In this document: positions 26,507 to 32,041 of the stretch, piece after piece
Layout of the letters: every line of letters begins with the position of its first letter
How positions within the stretch are numbered: the first letter of the stretch is position 1
IMG/VR virus record: IMGVR_UViG_3300048850_000064
Span: 1-39,742 of that record
Direction: 5' to 3' (one strand)
Source of the DNA: a virus
Taxonomy: Duplodnaviria; Heunggongvirae; Uroviricota; Caudoviricetes
Length of the DNA: 39,742 nucleotides
Program-made: the position numbers and the translations under genes
The notes under the pieces: model-generated
Seen by the model: the letters and a program-made list of their open reading frames with translations, nothing else
What the model was told of the DNA's origin: nothing
The model's database searches: none

Positions 26507-26595
26507 ATCTCCGGATCCCTGACGACTTGGGTCAAAGTCGCTTTCTTGTGTCTCTCTCAAAGGTCGCCCCTAATCCCTGGGCGACCTTTTTTTTT
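26507..26595 (+). ncRNA. Predicted trans-acting small RNA (~90 nt)
   Basis: Bounded by the TATAAT promoter and a strong intrinsic terminator. Internal hairpin CGACTT/AAGTCG (26523-26540) and a single-stranded pyrimidine tract at 26541-26558. No ORF. The start site is inferred from -10 spacing. Confidence 0.55.
26559..26595 (+). terminator. Intrinsic terminator
   Basis: AAAGGTCGCCC/GGGCGACCTTT 11-bp stem, 9-nt loop, T9 run. Abuts the repC stop on the other strand. Confidence 0.85.
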
Positions 26596-27697
26596 AATGC
26601 GCTCGTCGCCGGCGCAGCGCGCGGATCTCCTCGACGAGCTCGATCCGGCCATCGCCGACCATCCGGGCATAGGTCCGGAAGTAGCCGCCGAAATTGCGGA
26701 TCTTCTTGCCGCCGTCGTCGTCATAGGCCTGCAGCACCAGGAAGAAGGCCACGGCAGCCGCGACCGGCCCCAGTTTCTCGCAAGCCTCGCTCCAGGCGCT
26801 TTCATGCGTGCCATAGGTGCCGCGCAACCGTCCGGCCGCTCGCACCAGGTCGCGACTATTCTCGACCTCGCCGGCAAGCGCGAAGGCGTCAGGGCAAGCC
26901 GCGGCCAGGTCGATCAGGTTGGGCACGGCCGGTGCCTCACCATTATCTCGCGGCCCTTTGTTACAAGACTGGTCAGGTGAATCGTTGTTGTTCTCTTTGA
27001 GGGGGCAATTCTTGCCGGCACAGGCGGCTTTATATCTTTCTTCGGCTTGCGCTTTGAGAGCTTGCCAGCGGGCCAGGGATGCGTCAGGAGCGACGTTTGC
27101 GTTGCGCCGCGGTGTCTGGCCCTGCTCGGCCTCGAATGCGCTCTCGAGGTCGTCTGCCGGCGCCTCCCATTCCTGGATCGCCAGGATCAGCTCCCTGACC
27201 GATCGCCGGCAGATGGTGATCTCGTCGAAGAGGTGCTCGATCGCCTCGCGCCTGACCTTCAGCCGCTCGACCAGCGCTCCGAACTCGGCCTTCCGGGCGA
27301 CGATCGGGGAGAGGTCGAGGCCATAGGCGTCGATGATCTGGCCGCTCCGCGCGCGCCGGGCGTAGCGCTTGCCATTTGGCGAGTCCTTCGACGTGACGAC
27401 GCCGCGGTCGATCAGTCCTTTGATCGCATAGCGGATCGTCCGCTCGGAAAGACCGGTGCGCTCCATCAGGAACTCGTTCGAAGGCCAGACCAGCAACCGG
27501 CCCTGGATCGGTTCGCCCTGGTAGCAGCCGACGAGCTGGTCGAGGACGAAGCGCAGCGCCGGCTTCAGCGCCAGTGCCTGCACCGCGAGCCGACCGGCCG
27601 CAAACAGCTCGTTACGACTGACCTCGTCCGGCGCCTGGGCAACAAGCGCTATTGCCGGCGAAATCTTTCGCCAGCCAGTGTTCTCATGAGTTTGCAC
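26594..27697 (-). CDS. repC: RepC-family plasmid replication initiator
   Basis: WPSN..L..R.GLSERT.R..I..L...G.....DSPNGKRYARR...G.I..AYG.DL.PI..R..EF is the hallmark RepC N-terminal domain. C-terminal ACPD and I.NFGGY.R motifs. GTG start with a GGGGA RBS. Confidence 0.88.
   Translation of the reverse strand: MQTHENTGWRKISPAIALVAQAPDEVSRNELFAAGRLAVQALALKPALRFVLDQLVGCYQGEPIQGRLLVWPSNEFLMERTGLSERTIRYAIKGLIDRGVVTSKDSPNGKRYARRARSGQIIDAYGLDLSPIVARKAEFGALVERLKVRREAIEHLFDEITICRRSVRELILAIQEWEAPADDLESAFEAEQGQTPRRNANVAPDASLARWQALKAQAEERYKAACAGKNCPLKENNNDSPDQSCNKGPRDNGEAPAVPNLIDLAAACPDAFALAGEVENSRDLVRAAGRLRGTYGTHESAWSEACEKLGPVAAAVAFFLVLQAYDDDGGKKIRNFGGYFRTYARMVGDGRIELVEEIRALRRRRAH
26940..27050. other. 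Candidate replication origin inside repC
   Basis: AT-rich patch in the inter-domain linker of repC containing a GANTC site (26979-26983). In repABC replicons oriV lies in such a region. Boundaries are approximate. Confidence 0.4.
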
Positions 27698-27704
27698 GTC
27701 TCAA

Positions 27705-27748
27705 TCCCCAAATCGGGACAAAGCTTCGCCGTCTCTCCGCGAAGAGAG
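27705..27748 (-). promoter_or_regulatory. Structured repC leader (S-element-like)
   Basis: Hairpin TCCC/GGGA (27705-27718) pairs the repC SD. Two mutually exclusive stems: CTTCGC/GCGAAG (27724-27744) and CTCTC/GAGAG (27733-27748). Confidence 0.4.
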
Positions 27749-27777
27749 TTGACAAATCAGTGGTGATTCGGGATAAC
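27749..27777 (+). promoter_or_regulatory. ctRNA promoter, antisense to the repC leader
   Basis: TTGACA (27749-27754), 17 bp, GATAAC (27772-27777), with a GANTC site (27765-27769) in the spacer. Confidence 0.8.
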
Positions 27778-27783
27778 CAGAGT

Positions 27784-27852
27784 GCATGTAGGTGTTCCCG
27801 AACACCGAGATTTTAAACGCTCTGAGACTGCAATCTCAGAGCGTTTTGCTTT
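27784..27852 (+). ncRNA. Counter-transcribed RNA (ctRNA) controlling repC
   Basis: About 65-70 nt between the promoter and terminator, with two hairpins (GGTGTTC/GAACACC and a 13-bp terminator stem). Position, size and orientation match repABC ctRNAs. Confidence 0.75.
27815..27852 (+). terminator. ctRNA intrinsic terminator
   Basis: AAACGCTCTGAGA/TCTCAGAGCGTTT 13-bp stem, 6-nt loop, then TGCTTT. Confidence 0.8.
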
Positions 27853-27858
27853 GTCGAG

Positions 27859-28077
27859 TTACCTAAGTCCTTCGATCCAATTGTTGACAGCAACGGCGAC
27901 CAGCTCCGAACGGTTGCGAAACCGACCGGACTTCACGAACTCATCCAGTTTTGCCTTTAAGCTCTCGTCGAGCCAGATTTGCATCTGGGTCTCGCCTTTG
28001 GCTTGGCGCGATTTCCGAAACTTCTCGGCCCGCCGTTTTGCTCCACTGTCCTGAAAACTCATGACCTGTTCCAACAC
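27859..28077 (-). CDS. Ribbon-helix-helix (CopG/MetJ-like) DNA-binding protein upstream of repC
   Basis: QMQIWLDESLKAKLDEFVKSGRFRNRSELVAVAV fits the RHH pattern. The start could be the ATG at 28062. Confidence 0.65.
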   Translation of the reverse strand: MLEQVMSFQDSGAKRRAEKFRKSRQAKGETQMQIWLDESLKAKLDEFVKSGRFRNRSELVAVAVNNWIEGLR

Positions 28078-28179
28078 ACGTTGCTAGTTACGTGCCTAGT
28101 GATGACCGATTCGTCATGATTCTGGAAGCCCTACGGCGCCGCGCGTCAAAATTGCAGGGCATACACGCTTTGATTGCAA

Positions 28180-28207
28180 AAGTCGCATAAGACTACTTAT
28201 GGAACTT
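28180..28207 (+). other. dif-like XerCD recombination site (28 bp)
   Basis: AAGTCGCATAA-GACTAC-TTATGGAACTT has the 11-6-11 layout. Inner CGCATAA and TTATG are identical to E. coli dif (GGTGCGCATAA-TGTATA-TTATGTTAAAT). Confidence 0.7.
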
Positions 28208-28242
28208 TATGGTAAAGTGCTAAAATTATCGCCAGCAGATTC

Positions 28243-28281
28243 ATTCATTGTTGACTTAATATCGCCAAGTCAGTAATGAGT
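28243..28281. promoter_or_regulatory. Tandem operators upstream of the repressor candidate
   Basis: ATTCA-TTGT-TGACT (28243-28256) and AGTCA-GTAA-TGAGT (28268-28281). Confidence 0.6.
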
Positions 28282-28322
28282 GATTCCATAACTCTTTACC
28301 GGGATACGTCCCGCAGTTGCGT

Positions 28323-28358
28323 TGCTATATAGAGACACAGACGCGACACAAGACACAA
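28323..28358 (+). promoter_or_regulatory. TGCTATATA -10 and a leader with three GACACA repeats
   Basis: TGCTATATA (28323-28331), AGAGACACA (28331-28339), GACACAAGA (28345-28353), AGACACAA (28351-28358). Confidence 0.5.
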
Positions 28359-28392
28359 CGAGAGTTTACATAGGAAGGGGATTAATAAACCA

Positions 28393-28827
28393 ATGCCAAC
28401 CGTTAGGAAGCCTTACGCGGAAACCCGCGCGGCACAGTTTCTTGAAAAGCGCATCGAGCAGCTTCAGAGCCGTAAGAGCCAGCGCGAGATCGCTCAGGAC
28501 ATCGGCTTCGCTCAGCCGCAGGCACTGTCGATGATGAAGACTGGCGAGCTGAAGATCCCGCTCGACCGTGTTCCCGCTTTTGCTCGCGCCCTTGAAGTTG
28601 ATGCCGCAAACCTTTTCCGCATGGTGCTGGAACAGCATCTGCGTGGCGAGGAGCTCACCAAGACCATCAACGAGATTTTCGGCGTGGTGGTGTCCAAGAA
28701 CGAGCGTCAGTTCATCGAGCTGATCCGCAATGTGTCGAACGATACCGACCCGGCACTGACCGACAAGCTCGCAGCCGAGCTGACCACGGTGCTCCAGGAG
28801 AACCTACCCGCTACGACCGGCGCCTGA
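28393..28827 (+). CDS. XRE/Cro-CI-type HTH regulator, master repressor candidate
   Basis: SQREIAQDIGF..PQALSMMKTG..KIPLDRVPAFARALEVD HTH. Monocistronic, with its own terminator and upstream operators. Confidence 0.8.
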   Translation: MPTVRKPYAETRAAQFLEKRIEQLQSRKSQREIAQDIGFAQPQALSMMKTGELKIPLDRVPAFARALEVDAANLFRMVLEQHLRGEELTKTINEIFGVVVSKNERQFIELIRNVSNDTDPALTDKLAAELTTVLQENLPATTGA

Positions 28828-28831
28828 AGAC

Positions 28832-28874
28832 GCAAGAAAAAGCCACTGCGGGGTTGGTAGTGGCTTTTTCTTGC
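28832..28874. terminator. Bidirectional intrinsic terminator
   Basis: Perfect 16-bp inverted repeat GCAAGAAAAAGCCACT/AGTGGCTTTTTCTTGC with an 11-nt loop. Confidence 0.85.
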
Positions 28875-28882
28875 TTCTGAGG

Positions 28883-28900
28883 AGTCAGTAATTACTGACT
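28883..28900. promoter_or_regulatory. Operator (perfect 18-bp palindrome)
   Basis: AGTCAGTAATTACTGACT, flanked by GANTC sites at 28882 and 28901. Confidence 0.75.
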
Positions 28901-28951
28901 GATTCCTTAATCTTTCCATCAACACACAAAGTAAAACAATAAGGACTTGCA

Positions 28952-29167
28952 ATGACGCTGACCAAGGACAAGATCGACCGCGTAGCTGAAATCACCTACG
29001 ACGAGGCCGTAGCAGAAATCGTAAAGCTTAGTGAAGTAAAACGCCATACGGTCGGTGGAACAGAAGTGTTCGCCGGTCTGCATCCCGAGCTTGGTCCTAT
29101 CCATATTGTTTTGCCTGTAATGGGCGGAGGGATGCTGTTGTTGCCTTTTGCTATCCATAATTTTTAA
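28952..29167 (+). CDS. Small AT-rich hypothetical protein between two operators
   Basis: TAAGGA RBS, 71 aa, hydrophobic C-terminus, codon use unlike the flanking genes. Confidence 0.55.
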   Translation: MTLTKDKIDRVAEITYDEAVAEIVKLSEVKRHTVGGTEVFAGLHPELGPIHIVLPVMGGGMLLLPFAIHNF

Positions 29168-29174
29168 TGTTACT

Positions 29175-29196
29175 AGTCATTCATAACTGACTGACA
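29175..29196. promoter_or_regulatory. Operator upstream of the cobT-like gene
   Basis: AGTCA-TTCATAAC-TGACT-GACA. Confidence 0.65.
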
Positions 29197-29211
29197 CAGA
29201 GGGATAGCAAG

Positions 29212-31917
29212 ATGAAGAAGGAGATCCAGGAGCTTCGTGAGGTCATCGCGAAGCTTGTGCCGCTGTTGACGGGCAAAGGTCTGGTCGTGACCCAGCGCGG
29301 CACGAAAGCCTATGTCAGCGTCCACCGCGTCACCAAGAAGCCGGAGCGGGTCAATATTCCCAACGTCTCCGACAATGCCGACGCGGACTTCATCCGCGCC
29401 ATCCAGGGCTTCATCGACCATGAGTGCGCCCACGTCCTCTATACGGACTGGGAATCCTATCTGCTGCCCGGCGATCCGGAAGATCCGAAGATCAAGCGCC
29501 AGCAGAACATGGTCAACATCATTGAGGACACGTTCATCGAGCGCCGCATCGTAGTGGATCTACCCGGCGCCCGGCGCAACCTGTCCGACACGCGCCGATT
29601 CTTCCTCGAGCGCGTCACCGGCCCGGCACTTGCCAGCGCCGCAACACCCCAGGAACAGCTTTCTTACCTCATCGTGCCGATGATGCGTGCGCTCGCCGGC
29701 CATGAGGAAATGCAGGAGTTCATGGACAAGAACGGCTACTGGTCGCTGCCACTCATTAAGGCGCTGCGCGACAAGATGCCGGAAAAGTTGGTCAAGTCGC
29801 TGCCGGAACTGAAGCACACCCGCGAATGCGTCGCTGTCGCCCTCGAGATCGACCAGATCCTCTATCCGCCACCGCCTGCCCCGCCCGTCCTCGAGTCGGT
29901 CGATCCCGCAGAAGTCTCCACGGCCGGCAACGACAAGGTGTCGATCTATGGCGATCATCTGCGCGAAGTGCGCGAAGTCCGGATCGGCGGCAAGCGTTGC
30001 CCGCGCTGGAAGACGGTGCTGACGTCCGCGGAAGCGGCCAAGACTGGCGACCTTGCGGCCGCGCTCGGCGGTGGCAGTCATATTCTGGCGATCACGCCGA
30101 AGCTCGATCCTGGCGTCTATGACGTCGAGGTCGTCACCGACGCCGGCCGCGGCGTGCTGCCGGCCGCCTTCACCTTTGTCGAACCGCCGGCAAAGCCCGC
30201 GTCCGAAGAGGACGAGGACGGCAAGAGCGAGGACAAGCCCGACAAGAAGGCCGACGAGGGCGATGGCAAGGGCGAGCGCGACCACAGCGAAAGCGAGCCG
30301 GGCGACGAAGGTGCCGGCGCATCCAGCGATGACGCCGATGACGACGAGAGCGAAGGTGATTCCTCTGCTGACAAGGGCAAGCCTGGCAAGCCCAAGAAGG
30401 GAGACAAGGAGAAGGATGAAGGCGCCGGCGACGAAAAGGACGAGGACGATCCCGCCGCTGGGTCGGACGAATCTTCTGACGATGGCAAAACTGGAGATGA
30501 AGAGGACGACAAGGACGCCGACGACGCCGGTGCTGACGAAGATGACGCTGAATCGGGGTCTGATGAAGGCTCTGACGACGAAGACGGCGATGCGGGTGAA
30601 GATGACGTGGCTCCGGAGGCTGACGAGGACGACGAGCGCGACGGTGAAGGTGCCGGTGACGGAGAGGACGAGGACGAATCTGAGGATAGCGATGGAGCTG
30701 CTGCTTCGTCCGACGCCGCTGATGTCGATGAAGACGAGGATGACGGCGCTGGCGATGCGGGCTCGGGCGATGAGGAAGACGCCGACGAGGACGACGGCTC
30801 GGGTGATGTAGACGACGGCGAGGCCGGCGAAGACATCCAGTTCGACGATCACGACTGGGACGCCGCTTCGCTGTCGGATGACGATTCCGACGAGGAGGGC
30901 GAACCTGGCGTCGGTGGCGACAAGTCGTCAAAGTCCATGTTCGATCTGGACGACGACGCGCTCGAGGATGCGGATCTGTCGAAGGCGATCTGCGTGATCG
31001 TCACCAATGACGCGATCAATTCCATGAGCCGTTCGGACTACACGGTCTATACCCGCGAGTTCGACCGCATCGAGCACTACGACGCCCCGCCTGCTGGCGA
31101 CGCCTATATCCCTCGCCTCGAGGAAGAGGTGCGATCGATGGTCGGCAAGATGCAGAAGGACATCGAGCGCATGCTCGCCGCCCAGAGCCAGGTGATCAGG
31201 AACCCTGGTCTGCGCTCCGGCCGCCTGCACGCCCCGAATCTGCATCGGTTGATGGCCGGCGACGACCGCATCTTCTACCGCAAGGCCGAGCACAAGTCGA
31301 AGGACACGGCGGTCACGCTGATGATCGACAACTCCGGCTCGATGAACGGCGCCAAGTGCCAGACCGCGATGGTCTCCGGCTATGCGCTGTCGTCCACGCT
31401 CGATCGCTGCAACATTCCGCACGAAGTCCTCGGCTTCACGACCGGCGGGTTTGACGTGCCGAGGTCGATCTATGAAGGGATGCTGAACGAAATGCGCGAG
31501 ACCGGCATTCGCTTCAACAGGCAGATCCCGATTCACATTCCGATCTACAAGGACTTCGACGAACGGATCTCGCCTATGGTCAAGCGCCGCATCGCGACGA
31601 TGGCCTATAGCCAGGTCGGACTTGCCGGCAACATCGACGGCGAGTCCCTCGAATATGGCGCAGTCAGGCTGTTGAAGCGACGCGAGAAGCGCAAGGTTAT
31701 GATCGTCCTGTCCGACGGTCATCCGGTCGAGGCACGCGACGCCTCGGCGCACTTGAAACTGGTCGTTAAAGATCTGACGAAGATCGGCATAGAAATGATC
31801 GGCATCGGCATCAAGGATAATGCCGTCCGCTCCTTCTATCCGAAGCACGTCGTCCTCAACAACCTCAACGACCTGCCCGGTCAGGTGATGAACGAGCTCA
31901 AGGCGATTCTCGCCTGA
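29212..31917 (+). CDS. cobT: CobT-like VWA protein with HExxH domain, inserted IPT/TIG domain and acidic linker
   Basis: N-terminal DHECAH...NIIED..IE. IPT/TIG-like block at about 29884-30186. D/E-rich tract. C-terminal VWA with MIDAS DNSGS...T...LSDG. The symbol denotes the family only. Confidence 0.8.
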   Translation: MKKEIQELREVIAKLVPLLTGKGLVVTQRGTKAYVSVHRVTKKPERVNIPNVSDNADADFIRAIQGFIDHECAHVLYTDWESYLLPGDPEDPKIKRQQNMVNIIEDTFIERRIVVDLPGARRNLSDTRRFFLERVTGPALASAATPQEQLSYLIVPMMRALAGHEEMQEFMDKNGYWSLPLIKALRDKMPEKLVKSLPELKHTRECVAVALEIDQILYPPPPAPPVLESVDPAEVSTAGNDKVSIYGDHLREVREVRIGGKRCPRWKTVLTSAEAAKTGDLAAALGGGSHILAITPKLDPGVYDVEVVTDAGRGVLPAAFTFVEPPAKPASEEDEDGKSEDKPDKKADEGDGKGERDHSESEPGDEGAGASSDDADDDESEGDSSADKGKPGKPKKGDKEKDEGAGDEKDEDDPAAGSDESSDDGKTGDEEDDKDADDAGADEDDAESGSDEGSDDEDGDAGEDDVAPEADEDDERDGEGAGDGEDEDESEDSDGAAASSDAADVDEDEDDGAGDAGSGDEEDADEDDGSGDVDDGEAGEDIQFDDHDWDAASLSDDDSDEEGEPGVGGDKSSKSMFDLDDDALEDADLSKAICVIVTNDAINSMSRSDYTVYTREFDRIEHYDAPPAGDAYIPRLEEEVRSMVGKMQKDIERMLAAQSQVIRNPGLRSGRLHAPNLHRLMAGDDRIFYRKAEHKSKDTAVTLMIDNSGSMNGAKCQTAMVSGYALSSTLDRCNIPHEVLGFTTGGFDVPRSIYEGMLNEMRETGIRFNRQIPIHIPIYKDFDERISPMVKRRIATMAYSQVGLAGNIDGESLEYGAVRLLKRREKRKVMIVLSDGHPVEARDASAHLKLVVKDLTKIGIEMIGIGIKDNAVRSFYPKHVVLNNLNDLPGQVMNELKAILA
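30205..30903 (+). repeat. Low-complexity Asp/Glu-rich coding tract
   Basis: About 230 codons dominated by GAC/GAT/GAG/GAA/GGC, in frame within the cobT-like gene. Confidence 0.9.
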
Positions 31918-31934
31918 ACTTTTCCTTTTGGTAA

Positions 31935-31993
31935 GCGTCGGGTTCAGTCATTACTGACTTGCAACCCGACGCAAAAGTCAGTAATTAATGACT
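31935..31993. promoter_or_regulatory. Two operators, the first nested in a larger inverted repeat
   Basis: GCGTCGGGTT (31935-31944) and AACCCGACGC (31963-31972) enclose AGTCA-TTAC-TGACT (31946-31959). Second site AGTCA-GTAATTAA-TGACT at 31976-31993. Confidence 0.7.
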
Positions 31994-32041
31994 GTATTCG
32001 CGTTTGAGAAGCGCGATCTGAGAGAACGGAGACACAAGAGC

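Noticed and set aside
14952-26518. TCCGGATCC present just after the lysis cassette (14952) and near the start of the predicted sRNA (about 26510)
   Set aside because: Only two copies of a GC-rich 9-mer with no shared flanking context, which is compatible with chance.
26501-26595. tRNA or tRNA-like gene in the ligase-repC gap, and tRNA/rRNA genes elsewhere
   Set aside because: No cloverleaf, T-loop GTTCRA or CCA arrangement was found here or in other intergenic gaps. tRNAscan-SE would confirm.
26546-26980. Plus-strand ORFs 26546-26980, 26817-27326 and 27047-27766 overlapping repC
   Set aside because: They are antisense shadows of repC. The first would also have to read through a strong T9 terminator.
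30117-30931. Ser-rich and Arg-rich ORFs across the acidic tract
   Set aside because: They are alternative-frame and reverse readings of GAC/GAA/GAT repeats.
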